NCBI GenBank assembly: GCA_951406725.2
Contig: OX597830.1
Coordinates: 60,946,001-61,010,000, forward strand
DNA: 64,000 nucleotides
Direction of reading: 5' to 3'
DNA from: Octopus vulgaris
Lineage: Eukaryota
The translations under genes and the position numbers were made by a program. This document shows, piece after piece, positions 1-13,326 of the stretch. Below the pieces are notes generated by a model that ran no database searches, was not told the DNA's origin, and saw nothing but the letters and a program-made list of their open reading frames with translations. How positions within the stretch are numbered: position 1 is the stretch's first letter; every line of letters begins with the position of its first letter.

Positions 1-382
1 CTGAGTTTTAGCGCGCGTCTACGATGAGTCTACGATTTTAAAAATAATTTAACATAATTTTTTATTCCATTTTAATGCATAATTTTTCGTGTGTCGATGG
101 CGGCGGAGTTGGCGTCCATGGTCACACCTGCACCTGTTTGCTTCTCCCCCTTCTTCCCTCCCTCGTGAAGCTGTGGGGAAGGGAGTGTAAGGAAATCAAC
201 GTCGTAAAGCGTTGTCAAGGAGACCAGTGTTCTTTTAGAACAACGACTTCATGGCTTGAAAACACCAAAACAGAAATGGCTAAGAAAGCCCGAATTGGCA
301 TCTATAAGGGAAGTAACTCTCTAAAAATGCTTATATAGTTATTTCCCTTACAAACCCGAGCAACGCCGGGCGATACTGCTAG
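1..382 (+). mobile_element. Helitron-like element, 3' terminus (5' part outside window)
   Basis: GC-rich hairpin CCCGAGC-AAC-GCCGGG at 355-370, then CTAG at 379-382 followed by T: the canonical Helitron 3' end layout. Confidence 0.65.
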
Positions 383-976
383 TAATACATATGGTTTAAT
401 AATATATTTTACTGCGTGTGTTTTGGCAAGCCTTGCTTTCGCCTGAAGACCGTAGCAGTAACGAAACTTCATTTGCGAGAAACATTCAGTTTCAATCGAC
501 TTACTATTCATAGATGACAAATACGAAACGCCAGTGTGAGGCAGATACCACTTAATGGACACACAGACATATGTGCAAAAAAATGTGGTAGAGTCACTTT
601 TTAATAAATTAGTATTTCCATTTCAAATCCTCGAAAATATTCCAAGTAACGATAAAACAAGACGTATTCTAACACCATTAGAAAGCAATGTTTACATTAA
701 GTTGCAGTCTGTTATTGATAAATTGACATAACAACGGCAGTAGTGTTTTTCCAGTGTTTTTGTTCCATTACAGTACTTCTTGAAAGGACGAAAGTTTATT
801 TTAATGATCTTGGGAATAAATTAACATCTGTTGTGGGTAATATATGGCTGCTAAATAGTCGAATGCTTTTTACACTCAAGGCTAATCTTGGATGCGTTTG
901 GTAAGTTATTGTAACTATCGTCACTGAACTGTTAACGATTTTGAGTAACGCCAGCTTTATGTATTCTGAAATTTTC

Positions 977-1064
<88 letters not shown>

Positions 1065-1065
<1 letters not shown>

Positions 1066-1216
1066 GCGTAGGAGTGGCTGTGTACCAACCACATGGTTCC
1101 GGGTTCAGTCCCACTGCCGTGGCACCTTGGGCAAGTGTCTTCTACTATAGCCTCGGGCCGACCAAAGCCACGTGAGTGGATTTGGTAGGCGGAAACTGAA
1201 ATAAGCTCGTCGTATG

Positions 1217-1297
<81 letters not shown>

Positions 1298-1516
1298 TTG
1301 TGTGTCTGTGTTTGTCCCCCCAAAATCACTTGATGACAACCGATGCTGGTGTGTTTACGTCACCGTAACTTAGCGGTTCGGCAAAAGAGACCGATAGAAT
1401 AAGTACTAGGCTTCCAAAGAATAAGTCCTGGGGTCGATTTGCTCGACTAAAGGCGGTGCTCCAGCATGGCCGCAGTCAAATGACTGAAACGAGTAAAAGA
1501 GAGTAAAGAGTAAGAG
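1065..1516 (+). mobile_element. SINE family A (tRNA head, internal (TA)n(TG)n, LINE-derived tail)
   Basis: Box B GGTTCAGTCC, CCTTGGGCAAGT motif reminiscent of the CORE domain, internal microsatellite and GTAAAAGA tail repeats. About 11 homologous copies in the window. Confidence 0.9.
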
Positions 1517-2970
1517 TATATATACACTCCTACTCATACAACACATATTCACAGATAGGCACACAAATATTTATATAAATATACACATATATACGCATAT
1601 AACAATAGAGGCACGGTTCATTTTTGTTATATGCATTTTTGTTATAAACAATCATTTTTTTTCATTGAAATATTGCGGCAGAAATCTTGCCTCAACGGTC
1701 GTAGCTTATTTGTACCAACAGGTAACCGTGTGCTCTCACGAATCTTAGCCCCGCCATATGTGATAGCCACGTAAAATAGTCCTTTCAATTCAACAGCCAT
1801 GTTCCAGTTCTTCTAACTTGATGGAATTTTTTTCACGTGAGCCAAAAATAAATAGATAAATGAATAAATCAAGGAAATTTTATATGTCAACTGGGACGAC
1901 ATTTCCACACAAATAATGGTGATTTCAACACTGTCTAAAACCATTAGATTCACGAACAGCATGATGGGAAGGCCAGAAAAGTCAACACCAAGCTATAAAT
2001 AACAAGTTATTCGCTCCAACGTTATATTCATCACTGTTTCACCCGAACACTAAAGCGGTGAATTCTCAACATTTCTTTTTCTTCTCTCATAATTTGGCCA
2101 ATTAAAAAAAAGAAAAGCAGAATAAATAGGAGGGAAAATAATAAGGAGGAGGAGGAGGACACTCCCTAAATTATATCTGAACATCCCCACTTGCCTTAAT
2201 ATTAGATTATATGTGATTTCCAATTAAACTTTGGCTCGGCAGCATTCCGATCTCTTCCCCCTTGCCCGGCGCATCTTGACGATCTGACACTAGTTTAGAA
2301 TTGCAGGGGTAATTTTAGGCGTGCTTATATTTCGATGACCTTTCACACGAAATCAAAAAGGTCAAAGTTACTTTTTGTTTAGTGAATTATGGTCGGAATT
2401 AATGTGATGCTACTGAGAGTATGGAAGCACAGTTAAGAGCAGCACGCCCACAGCCACACCAAAACCACCAACGACCGACGCATCAATATCACATATAACT
2501 ATACATTATTTAAGAAGGAACCATTGTGTCGATTTCGTGTGCTTCTGTAGTTTAATTCTGGTTAAGTAAAGGTGAAGAAGAGAATCTACATGCTAGATAC
2601 ACAGGATGACCCAAGAAAAAAAAACGTCGAACTGATGATAGTATATCGAAATATTTATACAGACCTACTTGCGTACACGTACACACATACATACGTACAT
2701 ACATACACATAGAGATATACGTACGATTGCAAAGAGGGTGAGGAAAAGAGGGAATATACTCAGGGGAAGGTGGCTAGGTTGTGATAACTATAGATTATAT
2801 ATGACAAGATGATAGACAGATAGGATATAATCTGTTGTTTAACCCTCTGTCAATCCAGTTTGAGCAGACCGAGGAGCAAAAGCGTTCCAGCTATGACCGA
2901 CTCGTTTTTCATACAATGTATCTACAACTGCTTTATCTGACGTGTTGTTTCTTTGTAAGAAGGACTTTTG

Positions 2971-3046
<76 letters not shown>

Positions 3047-3047
<1 letters not shown>

Positions 3048-3385
3048 GTGGGGGAGCATCATAGCCGTGCGTTGAGAGGGATTTTTTGGGGTTTGAATAA
3101 TTCACCTTTGGAAACATGGGTGTTTCGTTCAACATCCTTAAACAACCCTTATTCAGGGACCTTTCGAGTGGCATGGGTTACTCGACCTGAAGAAAATTCT
3201 AACTGGGCCCCACCTGCAAGGTCATGTGCTGTTTATCTTGATATGAGATCACCATGTCGCGCACACGTGGTTGTGATGCATGTGCCTAGTGTACCCTTAT
3301 CAGACGGGTAGTCATGATGGGTATACTGGGCTTCGTATATTTTACCCCAGTGTCACTTTGATGGCATGCACTGCTCTCTCACTCA
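3047..3385. repeat. Unclassified insertion within a (TAA)n tract
   Basis: About 340 bp of complex sequence flanked on both sides by (AAT)n (2971-3046 and 3385-3406). No ORF homology recognised. Confidence 0.45.
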
Positions 3386-3554
3386 ATAATAATAATAATA
3401 ATAATAAAAAATGAACGAACTACTGAGTTTGGTTTAATGGCCTACCAATATACACTATGAGTTTCCTTGCCCTAGGAGTCGGGAAGACACTCGGCAAGAA
3501 ATGGAAGAAAATTTGAAAGAAGAAGAAAAAAAAGTAATAATAATAATAATAATG

Positions 3555-3589
<35 letters not shown>

Positions 3590-3909
3590 TATTATTTCTA
3601 CTCCAGACACAAGGCCTTGAACATTTTGGGGGAAGAGGGCTAGTCTATTATATCGACTCCAGTGCGTAACTGGTACTTATTTCATCGACCCCGAAAGGAT
3701 GAAGGGCATAGTCGACCTCGGCGGAATTTGAACTCAGAACGTAGCGGCAGACGAAATACCTGTAAGTATTTCGCCCGGCGTGCTGATGACTCAGCCAGCT
3801 CGCCGCCTTAACAACAACAACAACAATAATAATAATAATAATAGATGGTTCGCATCTAAGGTTACGCGTAGCCCGATTTTAAGAATTTTTTCCAAGTCTA
3901 AACATTAAC

Positions 3910-4125
3910 ACTTCCTCCTCCTCCCTCTTATTCCTCCTCCTCCCCTCCTCCTCCTCCCCTCCTCCTCCTCCTCACCCTCCTCCTCTTCATCTCCTCCTTT
4001 CCTGCTCCCTTCCTCCTGCTCCCCTCCCTCTCCCCCACCCTCCTCCACCACAACCACCTCCTCCTCCTTCCGTCCTCCCCCTTTCCTCCTCTTCCCCCGT
4101 CCGCCTCCCTCCCTTCCTCCCCCTC
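3910..4125. repeat. Polypyrimidine/(CCT)n low-complexity tract
   Basis: Nearly pure C/T on the + strand; source of the spurious G/E/R-rich ORFs. Confidence 0.9.
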
Positions 4126-4574
4126 GTACAACAATAACAACAACTACTACTACTGGTTTCAAATGTTGGCACAAGGCCAGGAATTTCGGGGAGAAGGCAA
4201 ATTGATTGAATATTAAATCGATCTCAGTCCTCAACTGGCAACTTCTTTTATTGACTCCGGAAGGAATTTAAACTCAGGAATGTCAAGGCGGATGAAATAC
4301 CGCTAAACATTTCGTCCGGCGTGCAAATGGTTCCGCCATCCCGCCGCCTTATTCCTTTTACTATAGGCACAAAGCCTGAAATTTGTGGGGAGGGGTGCCA
4401 ATCGATTTCATTGACGCCGGTACTCAACTAGTATTTATCGATCACGAAAGGATGTGAAGCTAAGTCGGACCTCGGCGGAATTTGAATTCCGAGCGTAATG
4501 AGTCAAAAGAATGCCACGAAACATTTTGATCGACGCACTAACGACTCTACCAGCTCTCTCTCTCTCTCTCTCTC

Positions 4575-4778
4575 TCTTTTACTTGTTTCAGTCATTTGAC
4601 TGCGGTCATGCTGGAGCACCACCTTTAATCGAGCAACTTGACCCCGGGACTTATTCTTTGTAAGCCCAGTACTTATTCTGTCGGTCTCTTTTGCCGAACC
4701 GCTAAGTGACGGGGACATAAAAACACCAGCATCGGTTGTCAAGCAATGCTAGGGGGACAAACACAGACACACAAACAC

Positions 4779-4863
<85 letters not shown>

Positions 4864-5035
4864 CATATATACGACGGGCTTCTTTCAGTTTCCGTCTACC
4901 AAATCCACTCACAAGGCTTTGGTCGGCCTGAGGCTATAGTAGAAGACATTTGCCCAAGGTGCCACGCATTTGGACTGAACCCAGAACCATGTGGTTGGTA
5001 AGCAAGCTACTTACCACACAGCCACTCCTGCGCCT
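4575..5035 (-). mobile_element. SINE family A, full length
   Basis: Reverse complement of the 23562-24021 copy, with complete head and tail. Confidence 0.92.
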
Positions 5036-5470
5036 CTACCTTTAATATTAATAATAATGGTTTCAAATTTTGACACAAGACCAGCAGCTTCGGGGAAGGG
5101 GGTAAGTCGATTACATTGACCCCAGTGTTCAGCTGGTGCTTATTTCATTGACCCCCGAAAGAATGAAAGGTAAAAATCGACCTCATCGGAAATTAAACTC
5201 AGAACGTAGAGGAAAACAAAATGCCGCTAAGCATTTTGTCCGGCGTGCAAACAATTTTGTCTGCTCGCCTTCTTTTCAATAATAATAATAATAATAATAA
5301 TAATCTTTTCTACTAAAGGCACCAGGCCTGAAATTTTGGAGGAAGGGACTAGTCGATTACATCGACCCCAGTGTTTCACTGGTACTTAATTTATCGACCC
5401 GAAAGGATAGAAGGCAAAGTCGACCCCGTCAGAAGTTGAACTCAGAACGTAAGGACAGACGAAATGCCGC

Positions 5471-5830
5471 CGGGACGAGAAGGAAATAGAAAAGAGCGAG
5501 AAAAAGAGTGAGAAATGCCAGCCAGTGCGGGACGACATAGGAAAGTTATGGGACACGAGGAAAGTACTGGTGATACCGGTGGTAACCGGAGCTTTAGGAG
5601 CAGTTTCCAAGAGCTTTGAAAAACATATTGCGAATATTAGAGTTGTTGTCAGGCTCGAAGTGATCCAGAAGACAGCATTGTTGGGTACAGCTCGCATTCT
5701 AAGGAGAGTATTGTCTCTTTGAGTCACAGGAGAGAGACTCTATTTGAAACATTTGGTGATTTGTTATTGGCTGCTTTCAAGTAAAGAACAACCGCAAATA
5801 GAACAGCGATAATCAAAACAACAACAACAA
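5471..5830 (+). mobile_element. Dong/R4-clade (RLE) non-LTR retrotransposon, 3' fragment
   Basis: ORF 5525-5722 KLW..VIPVVTGALG..IQKTALLGTARILRRVL matches the RLE C-terminus, followed by a 3' UTR and (AAC)n tail. Confidence 0.8.
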
Positions 5831-6559
5831 CAACAACAATAACAACAACAACAACAGCAGCAGCAGCAGCAGGCAATGGCTCTCATGGCTTCTCATCTTA
5901 ACTGATTGGAAGTGTTATCATGTATATTGTTTTGTCTTGGTATAAAAGATGGGCTACAATAAATATTCTGCTCAATACCACAGATTTGCTTGTCAGTTGT
6001 TTGACCTTAGCCAGTTAACAATGTCCCTTAGTGGCTGACGATATGTGCATCTTTGATAGTCCGTATCCTGAAATTCAGATCTTTCCGAAAAAACACTGCT
6101 AATCCACCTAGCAACTCAGGCGACTTGGAGATGAGTTCACCTCATAGCTGTCAAAAACATGCGCAAAATATTGTGATCAGGAAGTTCTGGTCTCACTGAT
6201 GATTACTACATCTATATCAAATGATCTGAGACCGCTGAGCAAATGGTCTTGCTTCCAAGGAGCCTCAAGCCATTTACATTTACACTAACTACTGCGAGTA
6301 AAGTGTTGTTGACTAAAAAGGTGAACGTGAAAGAGGTTACTGTCTTTATTCTCGTGAAAAGACAGTATTTCCTCCTGGCTAGATGTGAATGTTTCTTGAG
6401 ATAACTCTTTGTACAGTTCTTTATTTATTCTACTTCGGAAAGCCCTTACATTTTGGGTGAATCTTGAGTAGTTCCTATGATGAGTATGTGAGGTAGTATA
6501 TCGTAGTATGGTGTTGGCTTCCGTTTGTTACATCAGTTTTTATTTATATCTCCGAGGTT

Positions 6560-7450
6560 TGTAATGTTTTCAGAGTACACTGCTGGATGTTGTTGCTGTT
6601 ATCGTTGGTCTTTTCCTTTGCTGTTGTGTCAGTGGTGCCTGTGGTCGTAGTGATGTGGGTATGTCGCTGACTGGTGGAATCAATGCCTCCTCAACGACCC
6701 TACTCTGTCTTGTGTTCTTTGACATTTCGGTTCTTTTCTTGATGGCTTTTTTCTTTGTTTCTTTCATGTTTCATTATCGTTGCTGGACATTTCCGTGAGA
6801 ATCGCGGGATGGACGTGAGGAAGGAAAAGTATTAATTTTGGACTTTAGTAATTTGCCTTATTGTTGGTGCTTTTATTGCTTTTTTTGTGGTGTTTGTTGA
6901 TGACGTTGGTCGTGTTGTTGCTATTGGTGTTGCTGCTGTTGGTTTCTATTGTTTTTGCTGCTGCTGAGGTTGCTGCTATTGCTGATATCACTGTGTTGTT
7001 GTTGTGCCTGCTGCTGTGGATGATGTTGCTGCTGCTGGCGTTGTTGATGTTGTTGTTCTGTGGAGGTATCGGTTGCAGTGTTTTTATACATGGCTGTTTA
7101 GAGCAAAAGCTCTGAGGTAGTTGTGGTCACCACCCATGTGACATCTGGTCATTCTACCCTCCACCACCACCACAAACAATTATGTGCCATTGACTGTTTT
7201 ATTTTTGCCTCTTGATCTGTTTGGATTAGGAGAGCCATTCCCTGTCCGGTTTTCTTTACGTAGCTTGTGGACTTCAAAGATGGATGTTTTTGATTCGATG
7301 TCAATCAGGTCAGACTCCACCAATCAGTAGATGTTGATTTCTGGTGGAGCAGCGACCACTCTTAATTTGACCAGTCGCAAATATTACTTCCACCGTGCCG
7401 AACTTTCCACCTCTGACTATGTTAGGTTCTGCGGACCCAGGTTAACTCCA
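6560..7450 (-). pseudogene. Possible decayed L1/Tx1-type ORF1 (zinc knuckle plus T/Q/A-rich tail)
   Basis: Minus strand gives VVVEGRMTRCHMGGDHNYL (degenerate CCHC-like) followed by low-complexity and Lys-rich stretches. Heavily disrupted. Confidence 0.3.
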
Positions 7451-7462
7451 GGCACCTTTCTA

Positions 7463-8197
7463 TCAGGTTGTGTCTTTATAGTAAATATAGAGTTAGATTT
7501 AAAGGTGTCTAACTTCTCAGTTCTATTTGAAAGACGACGAAATCATTAATATGTAATTTTCTTTCATTTTCTTTCAGATTTTGTCAATTTCATCATAACA
7601 GAAGTTGTTGTGTTGGCCTCATGTTTAGTTCAAGCAAAGAACTTATTCGTTAAGTTATTCTTAATGAATATCAAGAAGGGAGAGTGAAAGTATAGCAGAA
7701 AAATCACTCCAAAACATTTATGGCGATGGGTTGTGACTGAAAAAACGTGCAGAAGATGGTTTTCACGATTCAGAAACATCATGAAACAAGAGAAAGGCTC
7801 CCAAGAGGGTTGAACTCTGACGCATTGGAAGCCACAGTTGAAGTAAATCAGACTGCTACAGTTCAGGAACTAAGCATGGGCTTCAACGTGAGCTATACCA
7901 CCATTCATCGTGAATTGAAAAAGCGATTTCGTGAACTGCAAAACCTCTTTTTTTTTTGAATAAATCATTCCTGGAGATGAAATTTTGAAGAGAAGTCGAA
8001 AAGCAATTAATTTCCTTTTGACTTCTAAACCTAAGAAATTTTATGAACGTGGTACTAAAAAGCTCATTGACAGATAGAAAGAAGTCATAGAGAAGAATGC
8101 TGACCATATTAAGGATTAAATAATCAGATATTGTTTTTTTTTTATTGTTTTAACGAGCTTTAAAAAACAAATGGACAGAACTTTCATTACAACCTGA
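7463..8197 (+). mobile_element. Internally deleted, decayed mariner element
   Basis: TCAGGTTGT/ACAACCTGA ends. Peptide remnants TEKTCRRWFSRFR, LEATVEVNQTATVQELS..VSYTTIHRELK and a C-terminal FYERG..LIDR. Confidence 0.65.
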
Positions 8198-11100
8198 TTT
8201 TTAGACGCGAATTGCTCGCTCCATCGCCTGGTTTTCATGCCCATGTCTCTGCATATAATTTTATTTTCCGGCGATGGTGGTGGTGGTGATGGTGGCACCA
8301 TCGAGGCAAGTTGAGTGGGTGGAGATGGCGAATGCATACATTGTCTGCATATAACAGCGTGACTGTGCATTGACGCACGTTACGTTTGACCTTACTGGAA
8401 AGTTTATTCTTTCGCTTCTTATGAGTTTAGCTGGTCACAAAGTTCATGTGTTGCTATAGTACACTCCCGGTCGGTGAGCTACAGTGATCATCTCTTGTTT
8501 GATGTACCTGTTTGATGGAGCTAAAATCCTGTGTCAGGTGAGGATGGAAGTAGGGCATCTGGCATCTCGAATACTACTAGATGCTGGTAAAACAGTAACC
8601 GCTGGTAAAACAGCAACCCCCGTTCTCTCCTGTTGATAATTTTCAGGTTGGGTACGATGAACGAGGTCTAAAATGTTTTCGGTCTACTACCGGTAAAAAT
8701 TTCAGACATGGGAGTATGCTAGTGCATTCATTTAAATATGAATTAGAATGAATGATTGAATGAAGGACTAAATGCCTAACTGCCTTTAGTTGTATATTCT
8801 TACATTCCTAATTCAAATTCCGCCAGTGTTAACTTTTTTAATCCTCAGTGTGGAAGGCAGTTGTCAAAGATTGGACTCGATTCGATCGGATACATCATTC
8901 GCGTACAAATTTGAGTTTTGTGCCAACAAATCTTTCTTACGTATAATCTCCTGTATTCAATAAGAGATGTGAAATGTAATCGACCCAGTCGTGCAACAAA
9001 AACAAGCGGCCGATATCGCTCTCTGAAATTTAACCTTTTCTCTAAAGAATATTAATTTTTTTTCCAAGACCCCACAAACAGAAAAATGATTTTTCGTTTT
9101 GTTCACATCTTTCTAAATGAATTAGAGGTGTAAATCTGCACTTGAAATCATAATGTATACTCGACTGATTAAGACCTGCTCAATACTGAACGCCATATCG
9201 AGAAATTTTGTTTCTCATCACTCAAAATGCTCTCATACTTTTGACTGCGCAGAATGGTCTAAATGAAGCGAGGATTTGAGATCGTATATCATTAACATTT
9301 TCATTTCTAAAGTCATTTAAATGCATTTGCAAAATAAATTTACATTAACTGAAAATAGAAACCACATCGCCTTTTCTACATCCAAGTATTTTACCTCTTG
9401 CATTATGTCGTTTGGCACATTACTGAATAAGAATTATTGATTTCAAGTGAGTTTTTCTCTCGCTTGGCGTCTGTTGGGGGGAAGGGTACGGATGGGTGTG
9501 GATTGATGTCTGCAGATATCAGCGATGGGCTGGCGGAGACTACAGTTTCAGGGTAGTGATGGTGGTAGGGAGTTGTATTGGTATACGGAATGATGAGGCG
9601 ATGGTGAAGATCGTGGGATTAATATGGGGAAGTGGATAAGTGGTAATAGTGATGATGGGAGTAGTGACAAGCATGGTGCAGTAGTGGTCCGGTGCTGATG
9701 TCAGGGCGTGGTTAGTTGCAGCTGACAAGTTGCCGGCATTTTGACGTTGCACAAACATGGCAATGCAACACTTTAAGAGCAAAAGGTCAACTGCAAATAA
9801 AAGGTCATACACATTCATACACACATCATGTGTGCGCACGCGCGTACACACACACACACACACACGCACACGTACTTTAATATATAAATGTAATTATATA
9901 TATATATGTGTGTGTATATATATATGTAGATATGTACAAATATTTACGCGTAGCTATGTGCATGCCTAGCCAAATAGTTAATCGCTTCGCAATTATGCAG
10001 CTCGGGTTCGATCCAGAGAAAGCGCTTTCTATCTTATCCTTGGATCGACTCATGCCTTGTGTTTGTAGAAAGTGTGACTATCACATCGACTGTACTAGTA
10101 AACCAAGGGGCCAGCCTTGCCATATTATGTCACTTTAATCTCGATTCTATGCATTAAGGCTACAAACGTCCTTGGAAGACTCTGTCAGTAGAAACTAAAC
10201 ACCAAATCCATTCTTGTTCTGTACCCGTTTATTTAGAAGGGTTTTACCATCAAGGTAGAATATATTCATACAAAACGTACAGACATCATCTAAGACAATT
10301 TGTTAAAATGAGAACACGCAAACACACATACACATACAGTCATACACACACACATACACACACAAATGCACAATGTATGCGTGCACGCAACTGATTAAAG
10401 ATAGTATCAGATGACCGATGAGTTAAGATTTAATGGAATTAACAGCATTTGCCACAGACAGACTCGGCAAACGGTCAGCGATGCGAGTATGTTTCCAAGC
10501 AAGAAGACTTTATAATTATAGGAAGAGAAAAAAAAAATGATGTTGTAAAGTCTATTGTTTTACTGCTTAGTTTGGGATGGAAGGGCAACAACGTCTGAGT
10601 TGAGTGTGAGGAAGAGAGGAAGTTAAAATCAAACCGGAGGTCTGGCTCAAATACTCATAACAGAGTGAACTTTGCGAAAGAACCAGATTTCTGAAGTGTA
10701 TGACTGAAAGGCAATGAAGCGCTTTCGACCAGAAGCGAAAACTAAATCGTCTTCCAATTTGAATTCCAATAAATAATGCTCAAGTTTTCTGCCGTAGATA
10801 TTTACGGATCAGTTATGATGTCTTTGATATCTCCTTCTTTAATTAACTGTTTTGTCATTAAAAGGAATTGACAAATTAGTAAATGATTACAATCATCATA
10901 CGGGTTACAAGCCTGATATGTTTATGTACACATCTTCTAAGCATGTTTGTGCAGATGCAAACTGTGCTGATTAACTTAAAAAGCGCTGAAATATGAGCAA
11001 AAAATTAAGTGTCAACATAAAGTAGCAAACACAGGAGTTCAGTTTGAAATTCCTGGGTCCCAAAGTTATCAATCATTGAGTTATCGATGTATTCAAACAC

Positions 11101-11770
11101 TCACATATAAAATGATATTGATATGCAGGATTGTACTAAATATGCAGCCTAATCATTCATATACTTTGGGAAGAGTTTAATTTCTCTAGTTTTCGAATGA
11201 TTTTATCTGTAAGTACATTAATTGAACTTTATTAACCTCGCATTCTTGTATCTACTAGTTCGGACTTATGTTAATTTACAACTGTGTCCATTTGCAGAGC
11301 AGGTAGAAGCTCACTGACACCTTAATTAGTTTTAAAGGTACAAAAAATATGATATATTGATATAACAGTGTTGAGAAGTAATACTACATTGCGAATATCT
11401 CAGCAGATTTGAACCTATACAAAGGATGGAATAACTTTAAAAATTACATGGATAACATCCCATGCAGTTGTATAAAGATTAGAATGAGAAAATTCGACCA
11501 TTCCTCAACATTAGACTCACAGAACATGGGAAAGCTCTAAACCAAAATCAAGAATAGCTGAGCTTGTACGGTTTGAAATTATGACTTTATTTACAGAATT
11601 TCCATTACTTATAAAGAAGCGTCATGGAAACCACGGTAGAGATCCAATACTCATAGCATTAACAGAGAAACCAAATCTCTTTGTCTAATTGAACCCAGTT
11701 AAGTTTAACATGACCACTGTTATTGAAAATGAGTTTAAATATATCTCATAAGTATTAATAGTCAAAAATT

Positions 11771-11812
<42 letters not shown>

Positions 11813-12249
11813 CTGAAAATGGTCGTTGAAATGGCTCCTTCAGTGAGAAATATTCAAGGGCACTATCAAATTCTGAAACTTCTACATGATAGGTTAAAAC
11901 AATAAATGAGAAAGTTATGATCAAAACTTTATAAATCCTTAAAAAAAATCTCTAAAATTTTGAAGAGAAGAGAGGAATCTGATGTAATAAAATGTAATAT
12001 ATTTCATAAAACAAGATTAACTCTTTAAATATAACTAATTGCACTTCAGTGCACACACTATAAGCTTAGCTGATAGATCTACAGACAGCTGTCAATCGAA
12101 AATACCTACTGAAAAAATGTTTGTCTGTGAAGAATAATGCTTTTCATTCAAGTTTGTTAAAAGAGACAGCAAGAAATACCACCATTTCTTCTTGCCTCAT
12201 TTCCCACTCAATTTTCTATTTCTACCGCTCTCATAACGCATCGACAGCA

Positions 12250-13130
12250 GGATTTGAATCGCTTGCCTAGATGACTAAAGCATGCTGATTTTGAGAAGCA
12301 CTCCAACAGACAAAATCCCCATTTACAACCTTCTTTTTTTTTTTTCTTCTATGCAACATTGCAGAATTTCGACAAAATTCAGCCTACCTGTCTCATCTCT
12401 AAATGTAAGTGAAAATCCTATTTCTTCCAAAAAAGTGATCGGTCATTCTCAAACAAGGTTCTGTCTTCACCAAACTCCTTAAACCCTCTTTCTGCCGTGG
12501 TATTTTCTCAAATATCTGGTACTATGCCCATTCCTATGGACGGCAATCTCTCAGACTTGCCGCTTACCAATCCATCTTCCTAATCTGAAGCATTCAAAGA
12601 TGGAAACATTCAAAGATAAAACCCACTGTTTTACCAATTCCAGTCTGTTTTTGAGATCCAGACCAATCGGATATTGTCTCTTCTTACGTCCCACACTGGT
12701 GGTCTCTCTACCTTGATAACTGCGATGAAAACAATATTGGTACCATTAACATCAGCAATGTATTCGATTACATTTGGTATGAATAACTCTTAGATAAGTA
12801 GTCATTGCAATTTATTGTCCCCGAAGGACACCGAATCACAGTCACTAGATTTATCGAAGAAACGACGCATATTATATCTTTTCGACGCGATAACCTTCAC
12901 AGTTTATATAGTGACAAAAGCACTTCATTCTTAGCCAAATTTGAACGTCGCTCGAAACATTAGGATCAAGCTTTTACTCTCAGAACACTTCAATCCTTTA
13001 TTTCTTTTTTCTCTAATCGCATTTCACTTCAGACATCAACGTGAAACAGTTCAAAATGAACGTTAACTTCGACGATCTTAGTCAGAGAAAGCTAGCGAAG
13101 GAAATAGAATTAGTGTCTTTTCGCCTGAAA
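12250..13130 (+). pseudogene. Possible highly decayed Penelope-like GIY-YIG region
   Basis: Only scattered motifs: IYCP..FIEET (YIGET-like) near 12810-12865 and RKLAKEIELV near 13085. Confidence 0.3.
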
Positions 13131-13164
13131 CCAAATATTTATGCACACATACACCAAACATACA

Positions 13165-13202
<38 letters not shown>

Positions 13203-13326
13203 CACACACACACATATACATACTTACAAACATATGTATACAATTGATTTTACAAAGGTAGAGTGTAAAAGTTAACTTATGGTGTTTATATCATTTTGTG
13301 CAGTAACAAAAAGTGCCATCAATATT

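Larger units (their letters stand above)
3594..5470 (-). mobile_element. Cluster of five SINE family B copies (3594-3808, 4155-4350, 4353-4555, 5058-5272, 5305-5470)
   Basis: Each is the reverse complement of the 63199-63424 copy, with a tRNA head and a GCCTTTCATCCTTTCGGGGTCGATAAA..AAGTACC body resembling the MetaSINE domain. Copies are separated by (AAT)n/(CCT)n. Confidence 0.85.
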
